A stretch of 64,000 nt of DNA from Clostridia bacterium (GTDB taxonomy: Bacteria > Bacillota > Clostridia > RGIG6154), in NCBI GenBank assembly GCA_017409875.1, contig JAFQRW010000006.1, forward strand, positions 49,717-113,716. Direction: 5' to 3'. This document shows, piece after piece, positions 46,587 through 55,959 of this stretch. Position 1 is the stretch's first letter. Each line of letters opens with the position of its first letter. Both the position numbers and the translations under genes were made by a program. Below the pieces are notes generated by a model that saw only the letters and a list, made by a program, of their open reading frames with translations, did not search any database and was not told where the DNA came from.

Positions 46587-48474
46587 AGGGCCTCGCGGTA
46601 TGCGTGGAGGCAAAAAAGCCAAAAACCCCAAAAAGACATTAAAAAGATTATTTGGTATAATCATAAAAGAAAATAAAATAAGATTTATCGGTGTTATAAT
46701 CGGAATAATTGTAAGCTCACTTACAGGTGTTTTGGGCTCGATGTTTACAGGAATTTTGATAGATGATTATATAACTCCGCTGATTGGAAGTCCAAATCCT
46801 GTATTTACCGGACTTTTAAAGGCAATTTTAATAATGGCTGTGATTTATTTTATTGGTCTTAGTGCGACATTTATTTACAACAGATTTATGGTAACAATCA
46901 CCCAAGGCACTTTGAAAAAAGTAAGAGATGATTTGTTTTCACACATGCAGACTCTGCCACTTAAATATTTTGATTCTCACACCCACGGTAACATTATGAG
47001 CCACTACACCAATGATGCAGACACTCTTCGTCAGCTTGTTTCACAAAGTATTCCGCAGATGTTTTCATCGGTAATAACAATAACTTCGGTGTTTGTTGCC
47101 ATGGTGTCACGAAGCGTATATCTTACGATTTTTGTACTTGTGTTTATCTTTGGTATGACTAAAATTGCAGGCAAGGTTGGCAGGGAAAGCGGAAAAAACT
47201 TTGCAGCTCAGCAAAAAACTTTAGGTCAGATTAACGGATATATGGAAGAGATGATTCATGGACAGAAAGTGGTAAAAGTATTTTGCCATGAAGACGAGGC
47301 AAAAGAAAAAATGGATGAGCTTAACGAGCTTTTGTGTGACAACGCAACAAAGGCAAACACCTTTGCAAATATTTTAATGCCTATTATGGGAAATCTCGGG
47401 CATCTTCAGTATGTTTTGATTGCAGTTATTGGCGGCTTTTTTGCAATTTCAGGAATAGGAACTGTCACAGTTGGCGTTATTGCAACATTCTTGCAGCTAA
47501 GCAGAAACTTTTCTATGACAGTAACGCAGATTTCACAACAAATTAATTCAGTTGTTATGGCGCTCGCCGGTGCAGAAAGAATATTCGAGCTAATGGACGA
47601 AACTTCAGAAACAGACGATGGTTATGTAACTTTGGTTAATGCGCAAACCATCGGAGAAACTCTGGTTGAAACCAATGAGCGTACCGGTATATGGGCATGG
47701 AAACATCCACACAAGGACGGAAGCATTACCTACACAAGGCTTAGGGGAGATGTGAGATTTTATGATGTAGATTTTGGATATACAGATAAAAAAATTGTTC
47801 TTCATAATGTTTCAATATACGCCAGTCCGGGTCAACAGGTTGCTTTTGTTGGCGCAACCGGTGCAGGAAAAACAACAATAACAAATCTTATAAACAGATT
47901 TTATGATTTGGCTGACGGAAAAATAAGATATGACGATATAAATATAAATAAAATTAAAAAAAGCGATTTAAGACGTTCACTTGGAATTGTTTTGCAGGAT
48001 ACCAATCTGTTTACCGGAACGGTTATGGAAAATATCAGATATGGTAAGCTGGATGCAACAGATGAAGAAGTGTATGCAGCAGCAAGGCTTGCAAACGCAG
48101 ATGGATTTATTAATATGCTGCCTGACGGATATAATACTTATCTTTCGGGCGATGGCTCGGGGCTTTCGCAAGGTCAAAGGCAACTTTTGGCTATCGCACG
48201 TGCGGCGGTAGCTGATGCTCCGGTTATGATTTTAGACGAAGCAACTTCAAGTATTGATACAAGAACTGAAGCTATTGTTCAAAACGGTATGCACAAGCTT
48301 ATGGAGGGAAGGACTGTGTTTGTTATAGCACACCGTCTTTCAACTGTTCAAAATGCAGATGTGATAATGGTTTTAGATCAGGGCAGAATAATAGAACGCG
48401 GAAGTCACGATGAGTTGGTTGCACAAAAAGGCAAGTATTATCAGCTTTATACAGGTGCATTTGAACTTGAGTAA
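46570..48474 (+). CDS. heterodimeric multidrug-type ABC exporter, subunit 2
   Basis: GATGAGKTT, LSQGQRQ, ILDEATSSID, IAHRLST. Confidence 0.93.
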   Translation: MGPMPRGPRGMRGGKKAKNPKKTLKRLFGIIIKENKIRFIGVIIGIIVSSLTGVLGSMFTGILIDDYITPLIGSPNPVFTGLLKAILIMAVIYFIGLSATFIYNRFMVTITQGTLKKVRDDLFSHMQTLPLKYFDSHTHGNIMSHYTNDADTLRQLVSQSIPQMFSSVITITSVFVAMVSRSVYLTIFVLVFIFGMTKIAGKVGRESGKNFAAQQKTLGQINGYMEEMIHGQKVVKVFCHEDEAKEKMDELNELLCDNATKANTFANILMPIMGNLGHLQYVLIAVIGGFFAISGIGTVTVGVIATFLQLSRNFSMTVTQISQQINSVVMALAGAERIFELMDETSETDDGYVTLVNAQTIGETLVETNERTGIWAWKHPHKDGSITYTRLRGDVRFYDVDFGYTDKKIVLHNVSIYASPGQQVAFVGATGAGKTTITNLINRFYDLADGKIRYDDININKIKKSDLRRSLGIVLQDTNLFTGTVMENIRYGKLDATDEEVYAAARLANADGFINMLPDGYNTYLSGDGSGLSQGQRQLLAIARAAVADAPVMILDEATSSIDTRTEAIVQNGMHKLMEGRTVFVIAHRLSTVQNADVIMVLDQGRIIERGSHDELVAQKGKYYQLYTGAFELE

Positions 48475-48539
48475 AACTCCGTTAGGAGTTTTCACTGTGA
48501 AATTATCATTTCACGGAGGATTTGCAAACTTATATGAAT

Positions 48540-48570
48540 AAAAAGTCAGGATGCACGCCTGACTTTTTAT
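48540..48570. terminator. bidirectional terminator
   Basis: AAAAAGTCAGG-atgcacg-CCTGACTTTTT between convergent genes. Confidence 0.8.
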
Positions 48571-48585
48571 GGTTTTAAGCGTTTT

Positions 48586-49491
48586 TTAAACAAAAAATCT
48601 TCCGAAAGAGAAAAGTCCGTATCCAAGCTGATTGTCTTTGCCGAAAAAGCCCAGGTCATCAGCATAGATGTTCATTACAAGGCTTAGCTCGTCGGGAGTT
48701 AAAAATCTGCCGAAGCGGATTTTGGATTTCCCCTGTAAGATTGCAGCAGCACCGGTGATAAGAGGAGTTGCCATAGAAGTTCCGCTTAAAACAGCGTAAG
48801 TGTTGTTTTTGTAAGTAGAAAGAATATTTGTTCCTGCAGCGGCAACCTGTGCTTTGTTCCCCTGGGATGAAAAAGGTGCGCGGTTTAAGTTCATATCAAC
48901 TGCGGTTACTGCAATGACTTTTTCATATTTTGCAGGATAGCCTATGGTATCTTCATCGCCCTTGCCGCCGTCGTTGCCGGCAGCACCTACCAAAACAATT
49001 CCGTTATCATAGCATTTTTTTATCATCATTTTTTCGTATTCATTTGGCTCGGATGCTGAAAAAGACATATTTATAACATGCACTTTTTTAGAGATAAGCC
49101 AATCAAAGCTTTTAATAATGCTTTCTGTTTGAGCATGACCGTCAGTGCCAAACGCTTTTGCAATGTAAAGGTCACATTTAGGAGCAGCGCCTACAACCCC
49201 AATGCCGTTGCGGTTGGCACAAATTGAACCTGCAACGTGGGTGCCGTGACCGTTTGTGTCTTCAACATCGTTAGTATACTTTGATGTAAAGTTTATATAT
49301 TCTTTTATCCGACCTCTTAAATCTTCGTGGTTTAAGTCTATGCCTGTATCTATTACACCTACCCGTATCCCTTCGCCCATTGTTTCGTGCCATTCGTACA
49401 TGGTGCCAAGCATTTTGACACCGTAATCAACCGTCTCTTTGGGAAGGCTTTGTGATGTTGCTAAAATTTTGTAGTCAGAAATTTTATACAT
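48586..49491 (-). CDS. S8 subtilisin-like serine protease, no signal peptide
   Basis: triad motifs IDTG, HGTHVAG, GTSMATP; AAGN. Confidence 0.95.
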   Translation of the reverse strand: MYKISDYKILATSQSLPKETVDYGVKMLGTMYEWHETMGEGIRVGVIDTGIDLNHEDLRGRIKEYINFTSKYTNDVEDTNGHGTHVAGSICANRNGIGVVGAAPKCDLYIAKAFGTDGHAQTESIIKSFDWLISKKVHVINMSFSASEPNEYEKMMIKKCYDNGIVLVGAAGNDGGKGDEDTIGYPAKYEKVIAVTAVDMNLNRAPFSSQGNKAQVAAAGTNILSTYKNNTYAVLSGTSMATPLITGAAAILQGKSKIRFGRFLTPDELSLVMNIYADDLGFFGKDNQLGYGLFSFGRFFV

Positions 49492-49512
49492 AAAAACTCC
49501 CCTTTATAAGCC

Positions 49513-49540
49513 ATTATATGACTTTTTAAGGGGAGTTGTG
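49513..49540 (-). promoter_or_regulatory. putative sigmaK (mother-cell sporulation) promoter
   Basis: minus strand CACA-N16-CATATAAT inside inverted repeat AACTCCCCTT...AAGGGGAGTT. Confidence 0.55.
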
Positions 49541-49544
49541 ATTT

Positions 49545-51074
49545 TTATTCTTCTGTTCCTACTGCTTGTTCTGTTTGTTCTGTTTCTGCAAGAGGCATGA
49601 TTATTTCAGACTCAGCCGACTTGTTTAACACCTCAATAGCAGAATCGCAAATCTTTTGTGCAAGCTTTATAATGAAATCGTCATCCATTAAGAGCGCAAG
49701 GTCATCAGGGTTTGACATAAATGCGTTTTCTACAATAATTGAAGGCATATTGGCTTTGTATATTACAATGTAGCGCGGGTTATTTAAAAGGCCTGCCTTT
49801 CTTAATCCTAAAGATGCGATGTTATTATAGAAAACGTTTGAAATTTCACGATTTGTAATATCGGAAAATTCAGCAGTTGAGTCAGCATAACAAATCTGAA
49901 CACCGTTTGCTGCACTGCTTTCTGATGCGTTGTTGTGAATTGACATATAAAAATGCGCACCCATTTCGTTTGCAATTTCAGGACGTCTTGTCACAGCAAT
50001 GGCTTGGTCGTCTGTTCTGACCATATAAGTGTTTACACCGTTATTTATGAGCATTTCATTAACTAAAAGTGCAATTTTAATATTAACATCTTTCTCATAA
50101 ACGTCTTTGCCGTTATATTTGCCGATTGTACCTACTTCGCTTCCGCCATGGCCCGGGTCAATAAATAACAGCTTATCTTTAGCGGAATCTTTAAGAACTA
50201 TGTGGCTTACATAAGAACCGGCATCTGAAATATCACCTGGCGCTGTACTGCTGTTTTTAAAAGTAATAACAAGGTTTTTGCCTGACTGCGAAATGCGGTA
50301 TGTTGCAAATTCTCCCAAATCAACTACAATTCTTGTTACACTTTCAGAAAACTGCCCGCTTCTTACACTCAAAATATTGGGGTTATCGCTTTTGTAAGTT
50401 GATGCGTTGCCCATTAGTGTGCAGTTTTTGAAGTCAAAAACAATTCTTGCAGGGTTTTCAAGCTTTATAACAGACGGTGTGATATTTCCAACACCATTTA
50501 ATGTAATAGTTGTTTGTGTGCTTGTGTCTCTTACTGAAATCTCAGACAGCAAATGCAAATTGCCGTTGATTTCAGGAAGTTCCGGCTCCGGCACGGGCTC
50601 CGGTTCAGGTTCAGGTTCTGGCTCCGGTTCTGGCTCCGGTTCTGGAGTAATGTCTTTTCCTACTATCGAAACGGTAGATGTCGTATCGTCCCATCCGACT
50701 GACATACCAAGTTCTTGTGCAACAAATCTCACAGGAATCATTGTTCTGCCGCTCACAATTTTAGCAGGAACATCTAGCTGTTTTATATCTGTGTTGACTA
50801 TTGTCAGCGTTTTTTCTGCAAAAAGCATAATTACAGATGTGTCATATTTTATGGTAACACATTTTGTTACAGGCTCCCATTCAACTGTTGCGCCTAAGTC
50901 CTCAAAAACAGCTCTTGCGGGGATCAAAGTTCTTCCACTATCTATTATAGGCGGGGTATCAGTTGTAATAATGTTGCCATTTACTTTTAAAGTTACAACC
51001 CTGTCTGCAAAAACGGGGGAAAATGTATTTAATATAATTATTATGGCCAAAATTAAAGGCTTAAAAATTTTCAT
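49545..51074 (-). CDS. N-acetylmuramoyl-L-alanine amidase (Cu-amine-oxidase N-terminal domain, PE linker, AMIN, Amidase_3)
   Basis: GRTLIPARAVFE, GRTMIPVRFVA; PARIVFD; IDPGHGG, EKDVN, SIHNN, VENAFMSN. Confidence 0.92.
   Translation of the reverse strand: MKIFKPLILAIIIILNTFSPVFADRVVTLKVNGNIITTDTPPIIDSGRTLIPARAVFEDLGATVEWEPVTKCVTIKYDTSVIMLFAEKTLTIVNTDIKQLDVPAKIVSGRTMIPVRFVAQELGMSVGWDDTTSTVSIVGKDITPEPEPEPEPEPEPEPEPVPEPELPEINGNLHLLSEISVRDTSTQTTITLNGVGNITPSVIKLENPARIVFDFKNCTLMGNASTYKSDNPNILSVRSGQFSESVTRIVVDLGEFATYRISQSGKNLVITFKNSSTAPGDISDAGSYVSHIVLKDSAKDKLLFIDPGHGGSEVGTIGKYNGKDVYEKDVNIKIALLVNEMLINNGVNTYMVRTDDQAIAVTRRPEIANEMGAHFYMSIHNNASESSAANGVQICYADSTAEFSDITNREISNVFYNNIASLGLRKAGLLNNPRYIVIYKANMPSIIVENAFMSNPDDLALLMDDDFIIKLAQKICDSAIEVLNKSAESEIIMPLAETEQTEQAVGTEE
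50581..50646 (-). repeat. (Pro-Glu)n low-complexity linker
   Basis: TPEPEPEPEPEPEPEPVPEPELPE, hexamer repeats. Confidence 0.85.
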
Positions 51075-51233
51075 AGTACACCTCGCTATTCTAATAATAG
51101 CAGAAAAAGTGAGCTATTTCAATATTTTTCACCAAATTTCCATAAATTTTATAAAGCGATATTTGTTACTAAAGAGGTTAAGAAAAATATACCCCAGTCA
51201 TAAAAACATATAAAAAAGCGACAGGTTTGCCGC

Positions 51234-51734
51234 TTAAACTTGTATTGTAATAATTTTTTTGTGAGACCTTTTTGCATAATTCAATGTATGTGCAGTACCT
51301 CCTGTTGGGGGATTATCGCATACTGCAATAACAAGGGAAGAATTATCCACCATATATTTGTTTCTTTCAAAATAGCAATCTTTTGTGTAGGATTTGTTTA
51401 GAATAACTTGTTCGTCACTCAATTTAATGCAGGATTTGTATCGCTTTTTTTGTGCTCTATTCCACGAGTAAGATTGGTTTTTGTATGGGATTGCACAAAT
51501 AAGCCTGACTTCAGGATAGCTTTTTTTAAGCTCTAAAACTGCTTCTGCAGCCCAAAGGTCAACACCAAGCGCCATTCCGCTGATAAACGTATTGTATCCG
51601 GCAAGTATTGCAATCTCAATCTGGTCGAATAGCTTGTTTTTTAAATCTATACACTCTCTTGCGCTTTCATTAAAGCCAAAAGGCAGGCTTTGAGGGCGTT
51701 TTCCTGTAAAGCAACATGTTTTATTTATGTCCAT
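51234..51734 (-). CDS. SLOG / DUF1273 (YspA-like) protein
   Basis: CCFTGKRP, FISGMALGVDLWAAE, RNKYMVDNS, GGTAHT. Confidence 0.88.
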   Translation of the reverse strand: MDINKTCCFTGKRPQSLPFGFNESARECIDLKNKLFDQIEIAILAGYNTFISGMALGVDLWAAEAVLELKKSYPEVRLICAIPYKNQSYSWNRAQKKRYKSCIKLSDEQVILNKSYTKDCYFERNKYMVDNSSLVIAVCDNPPTGGTAHTLNYAKRSHKKIITIQV

Positions 51735-51831
51735 ATTTTACCTCACAATTTACCGTAATCAATTCGTATTTCACATACCAAAAATTCTACCAGGAGTAAA
51801 AATGTTTGTTTGCAAAAGTCCTTATATGCCA

Positions 51832-51860
51832 ATTATAAATTGCTTTTAAAATAAAGTCAA
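51832..51860 (-). promoter_or_regulatory. sigmaA promoter of SLOG gene
   Basis: minus strand TTGACT-N17-TATAAT. Confidence 0.65.
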
Positions 51861-51891
51861 CAATATGTTGAAAGTTACATAAAGTAACATA

Positions 51892-51918
51892 ATAATTGTA
51901 ACAAATTGTTACAATTAT
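51892..51918. promoter_or_regulatory. perfect 27-bp palindrome, putative operator
   Basis: ATAATTGTAACAA-A-TTGTTACAATTAT just upstream of XRE gene RBS. Confidence 0.6.
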
Positions 51919-51934
51919 GTCAAGGGGTGATTGG

Positions 51935-52138
51935 ATGAAAGGACTTAAAAAAGTAAGGCAGGAGAGAAACTTAAACCAGCTTAAAGTAGCTATGGATTTA
52001 AATATATCCCGCGAGGCACTTTCTCATTATGAAACAGGCAGACGTGAGCCGAGCCTTGATATGTTAAGAAAATTATCAGACTATTTTAATGTTTCAATAG
52101 ATTATCTGATTAACGGTGAGGAATTTAAAAGAAAGTAG
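51935..52138 (+). CDS. XRE family helix-turn-helix regulator
   Basis: LKKVRQERNLNQLKVAMDLNISREALSHYETGRREPS...YFNVSIDYL. Confidence 0.92.
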   Translation: MKGLKKVRQERNLNQLKVAMDLNISREALSHYETGRREPSLDMLRKLSDYFNVSIDYLINGEEFKRK

Positions 52139-52186
52139 TTTTTGATTTAAAAATCAAACAATGACAGAAAAAATTGTAAAAATATC

Positions 52187-52215
52187 TTTACAAACTAAAA
52201 AGTTTGTGATATAAT
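52187..52215 (+). promoter_or_regulatory. sigmaA promoter of tRNA-Lys
   Basis: TTTACA-N17-TATAAT with extended -10 TG. Confidence 0.75.
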
Positions 52216-52236
52216 ACAACTTCGTTAGGGTAATAT

Positions 52237-52312
52237 GCACCATTAGCTCAGTTGGTAGAGCACCTGACTCTTAATCAGGGTGTCCGGGGTTCGAGCCCCC
52301 GATGGTGTACCA
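52237..52312 (+). tRNA. tRNA-Lys (CTT)
   Basis: 76-nt cloverleaf: GCACCAT/ATGGTGT acceptor, anticodon arm CCTGA-CTCTTAA-TCAGG, GGTTCGAG T-loop, encoded CCA. Confidence 0.97.
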
Positions 52313-52314
52313 CC

Positions 52315-52358
52315 AAAACAGAACGATTTAGATGACAATCTAGATTGTTCTGTTTTTT
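52315..52358 (+). terminator. long hairpin/terminator after tRNA
   Basis: AAAACAGAAC...TAGAT-gaca-ATCTA...GTTCTGTTTTTT. Confidence 0.7.
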
Positions 52359-52488
52359 CGTTTGTATTATTGCTTTTTAAGGGAAATATGGTATAATATA
52401 ACATATATAGAATTTTATTTGAATGAAACTGGGCTTGTATGTTTATAGACAAATTGATATAAATTAAATTATAAATGGAGTAACAATT

Positions 52489-53397
52489 ATGAAAAAAGAG
52501 AAAAATTTTAAATCTTTGAAATGGTACAATTTTTTAACTTATTATTTTACTAATATTTTTCCTGTTGTGATATTGTTGTTTGTAATATGGTCACTCATTG
52601 CTATTTGGGGCAGTGGAAGAGAAGTTACATTAGGTCATATTTATAGTGAATTATTAAGTAGTGGTATATATGTAGATGGACCTGATGCTGTTTCTGCTGT
52701 TTATAGAATATTCAATGCAGATTATTTGTCAACTTTCATTTTCAAAACAGTTTTTATTGTTCTATACGCTGTATTTATAGTTATATTTACAAACTATATT
52801 AAAAAGAAGATGCAAATATTTGACAAAGTTGTACCTAAATTATTGTTCGTAAGGTTTACTGTAAATACAATATTTTATAATCTTTCTCATAGTTTATTTG
52901 TTGAAGAACCTTTATCTCTATTCATTGGTTTTTCAATTGTACTTTCAATTCCATATCTAGCCATATTAATACCCAATATTGTGTATTTTCGCAAACGTAA
53001 TATCGGCGGATATGCAACCATATCAGTCCAACCTCTTGAATCTGATAGTGTTACATATGCTAGCGAAAGCAAGTTTGATAGAATAGAATCTAAAAATTTT
53101 ATAGATGTTGAGAAGAAAATGGTTATAGAGCAAAAGGCTTCAAATCATAGCTTGGATAACAATAACTATATTATAGCACACGTCTTATCAACATCAAAAG
53201 GATATTACACAAGCAAAATAAGAATAACAGATAAGAACAAAGAGTCAATATTAAAGTGGAAAGACCAAGACAACAATTGTATATATATCACAAAGATAGC
53301 GGTTGAAGGGCAAGAAAAGTCACATTTTACAACAAAAGAGGTTTTTGAAAAAAAACGGTCAGCTTTTGATGAATTATTTGATGTTAATACGAAATAG
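52489..53397 (+). CDS. hypothetical membrane protein (about 4 TM plus soluble C-terminus)
   Basis: long AT-rich ORF with GGAG RBS; hydrophobic N-terminal half. Confidence 0.7.
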   Translation: MKKEKNFKSLKWYNFLTYYFTNIFPVVILLFVIWSLIAIWGSGREVTLGHIYSELLSSGIYVDGPDAVSAVYRIFNADYLSTFIFKTVFIVLYAVFIVIFTNYIKKKMQIFDKVVPKLLFVRFTVNTIFYNLSHSLFVEEPLSLFIGFSIVLSIPYLAILIPNIVYFRKRNIGGYATISVQPLESDSVTYASESKFDRIESKNFIDVEKKMVIEQKASNHSLDNNNYIIAHVLSTSKGYYTSKIRITDKNKESILKWKDQDNNCIYITKIAVEGQEKSHFTTKEVFEKKRSAFDELFDVNTK

Positions 53398-53461
53398 ATT
53401 AGCATCTATTTTGTACACGAAATCTATAATCTTGATAAATTAATTAAAGGTGAGATAAAAT

Positions 53462-54154
53462 ATGAAAAAAACAATTGGATTTTTGTTGTTATTTACGCTG
53501 ATATTTACTGTTTGTGGGTGTCAAAACAATGATATTGATGTTAGAGGTAAATATGAAAATGATACAACAAGGGTTTCCTCTGATATATCGAGCGATACAA
53601 ATTTATCCACAGAAGAATTTTCTTTAGGAAATATAACGGGAAACGTTTATAAAAACGATTTTATTGGCATTAGTTATAAATTAGATGAAAATTGGACATT
53701 CTATAATGATGAACAAATTAAAGAATTGAATAATATTACTGTTGATATGGCTGGGGATGAAGTTGAGGAGTTAGTTAAGAACGCTACAATTGTCTATGAT
53801 ATGTGTGCTACTGATGGTGACCAACTTAACAATATAATTATAAATCTTGAAAAGGTTAGCAACCGCAAACTCTTTTCATTGAATATTGAAGAAAATCTTA
53901 AAACGCTTGTCCCTATACTTATGGATGGTTCCAAAAATATGGGGTACGAAAATATTGACTATGAAATTATTGATGTTGAAGTTGATGGAAAGATGTTAGA
54001 TGCTTTACATACCACCGCGGAAATTAATGGTGTAAATATGTATCAAACTATGTTTCAAAAGAAATGCAATGGTTATTTAGCAAGTATAACTATAACCACA
54101 TATTTCTATGACGCAATTTCTGATTTAATTGATAATTTCTATTGGACAGAATAA
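53462..54154 (+). CDS. hypothetical lipoprotein
   Basis: MKKTIGFLLLFTLIFTVCG|C lipobox; acidic mature domain. Confidence 0.75.
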   Translation: MKKTIGFLLLFTLIFTVCGCQNNDIDVRGKYENDTTRVSSDISSDTNLSTEEFSLGNITGNVYKNDFIGISYKLDENWTFYNDEQIKELNNITVDMAGDEVEELVKNATIVYDMCATDGDQLNNIIINLEKVSNRKLFSLNIEENLKTLVPILMDGSKNMGYENIDYEIIDVEVDGKMLDALHTTAEINGVNMYQTMFQKKCNGYLASITITTYFYDAISDLIDNFYWTE

Positions 54155-54257
54155 TACTGATGACTTTTGATGGATACATAATTCGAATACAGTTTTATAT
54201 GATTTTATTGTAATTTTCAACAAAAATAACTGCCATCTAAACCATTCGGTTCTTCCA

Positions 54258-54291
54258 AAACAAAATCCTGTCGATAGGCAGGATTTTGTTT
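54258..54291. terminator. intrinsic terminator
   Basis: AAACAAAATCCTGTC-gata-GGCAGGATTTTGTTT. Confidence 0.7.
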
Positions 54292-54321
54292 ATATAACTT
54301 TAAAATGAAGATAGCGTGATT

Positions 54322-54692
54322 ATGGTGGATAAGGCGTATATTTGTAATTTGATTGAAGAAAGAAAAGATGAACTGTTTGAGCTTTTGGGAAGTTTTATTA
54401 AAATAAACTCTGAAAGCTTTGTAACAAATGGAAATGAGGAAGCTCTGGCAAAACATATACACAGTATGTGTGTAAAGAAGTAACAGGCGAAACTCTCAGT
54501 GTGTGCGACTCGTGCCTTTATGACCTTTCGGTAATTTCAAAATATGGTGGTGGCAATGCATTTGCGTTTGGCTCAGGGAGAGACTTTTCTTTGCCGGGCG
54601 GTGCACATCAGCCAAACGAGTACATAGAATGTGACAAGCTTGTTGAATATACAAAAGTAATTGCAGCTTACGTTTTAAAAATATTAGGTTAG
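54322..54692 (+). pseudogene. internally deleted M20 (ArgE/DapE-like) metallopeptidase
   Basis: N-terminus MVDKAYICNLIEERKDELFELLGSFIKINSE...GNEEALAKHI joined out of frame to C-terminus ...FAFGSG...GGAHQPNEYIECDKL; catalytic core absent. Confidence 0.75.
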
Positions 54693-54714
54693 GCAAGATA
54701 TATTATATAGGAAG

Positions 54715-54752
54715 AAAACCCGTATCTTTTTAGAAAAAAGGTACGGGTTTTT
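54715..54752 (+). terminator. intrinsic terminator
   Basis: AAAACCCGTATCTTTTT-aga-AAAAAGGTACGGGTTTTT. Confidence 0.8.
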
Positions 54753-54803
54753 AGCTTGTGTAAAGTATTTTTAAAAAAAAACAAAAAAAATTCAAAAAAA
54801 CAC

Positions 54804-54832
54804 TTGATTTTTCTTGACTTTTATAGTATGAT
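54804..54832 (+). promoter_or_regulatory. sigmaA promoter of S10 operon
   Basis: TTGATT-N17-TATGAT preceded by phased A tracts (UP element). Confidence 0.72.
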
Positions 54833-54921
54833 ATACGAGTTGTATGCTGCAGAACTATGTGTGGTGTGATATGAAACACCTGGAGCAGTTGCAGAAATTC
54901 AGAAGAAAAGGAGGACGAAAA

Positions 54922-55236
54922 ATGGCATCAGAAAAGAAAATCAGAATTAAGATTAAAGGTTATGACCATGCGTTGGTTGATCAGTCAGCAGAAAAAATTG
55001 TTGATACTGTTAAAAGAACAGGCGCAGAGGTTGCAGGTCCTATCCCGCTTCCTACTAAAAAGGAAATAATCACTATCTTAAGAGCTGTTCATAAGTACAA
55101 AGATTCCAGAGAACAGTTCGAAATGAGAACACATAAAAGACTCATTGATGTGATCTCACCTAAGCAGAAAACAACAGAAGCTTTAGGAAAACTTGATTTG
55201 CCTGCCGGAATTAATGTTGAAATTAAGGTCATCTAA
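54922..55236 (+). CDS. rpsJ: 30S ribosomal protein S10
   Basis: [33 protein letters not shown]; start after AGGAGG. Confidence 0.98.
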   Translation: MASEKKIRIKIKGYDHALVDQSAEKIVDTVKRTGAEVAGPIPLPTKKEIITILRAVHKYKDSREQFEMRTHKRLIDVISPKQKTTEALGKLDLPAGINVEIKVI

Positions 55237-55300
55237 CCGGTAAGGTAGTGGGTCATGTTCGCAATACGGGCGAACCAATAACCATAAGGAGGAAAAAATA

Positions 55301-55933
55301 ATGAAAAAGGCAATACTTGGCAAAAAGCTCGGTATGACTCAGCTTTTTGACGAAGCAGGAAAACTTATTCCTGTTACAGTAGTTGAAGCCGGTCCTTGCG
55401 TTGTAGTTCAGAAAAAAACAACTGACAACGATGGATACGAAGCTGTTCAGGTTGGCTTTAAAGACATTGAAGAAAGAAAAGTTTCAAAGCCTTTAAAAGG
55501 TCACTTTGATAAAGCTGGCGTTGGCTACAAAAGATTTTTAAGAGAATTTAAACTTGAGGATGCTGCCTCAATGAACATCGGCGACGAAATTAAGGTTGAT
55601 GTGTTTGCAGCGGGCGAGAAAATCGACGTTACTGGCACAAGCAAAGGTAAAGGATATGCTGGTGTAATCAAGCGTTACAATGCTCACAGACTTAAAGAAA
55701 CTCACGGTACAGGTCCTGTACATCGTCATGCCGGTTCTAACGGCGCATGTTCAGATCCGTCAAGAGTATTCAAAGGTAAGAAAATGGCAGGTCATATGGG
55801 CTGCGAAACAGTTACCATTCAGAATCTGGACGTTGTAAATGTTGACGTTGAAAAGAACTTGCTTTTGGTTCGCGGTGCAATTCCGGGACCTAAAGGCGGA
55901 TTAGTAATAGTTAAAAACACGGTTAAAGCGTAA
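55301..55933 (+). CDS. rplC: 50S ribosomal protein L3
   Basis: [24 protein letters not shown]. Confidence 0.98.
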   Translation: MKKAILGKKLGMTQLFDEAGKLIPVTVVEAGPCVVVQKKTTDNDGYEAVQVGFKDIEERKVSKPLKGHFDKAGVGYKRFLREFKLEDAASMNIGDEIKVDVFAAGEKIDVTGTSKGKGYAGVIKRYNAHRLKETHGTGPVHRHAGSNGACSDPSRVFKGKKMAGHMGCETVTIQNLDVVNVDVEKNLLLVRGAIPGPKGGLVIVKNTVKA

Positions 55934-55959
55934 GTTTTTAAGAAAGGAGGAAGTTACAC

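Noticed and set aside
50407-51213. 268-aa plus-strand ORF with (GS)n repeat
   Set aside because: Antisense shadow of the amidase (PE)n linker; no RBS or family motif
52243-52452. 69-aa minus-strand ORF
   Set aside because: Antisense translation of tRNA-Lys
51917-54291. Prophage or ICE at tRNA-Lys
   Set aside because: No integrase, phage or conjugation genes and no long tRNA 3' duplication; kept only as a possible decayed islet
54844-54921. 26-aa N-terminal extension of S10
   Set aside because: AGGAGG precedes ATG 54922; upstream part is the untranslated leader
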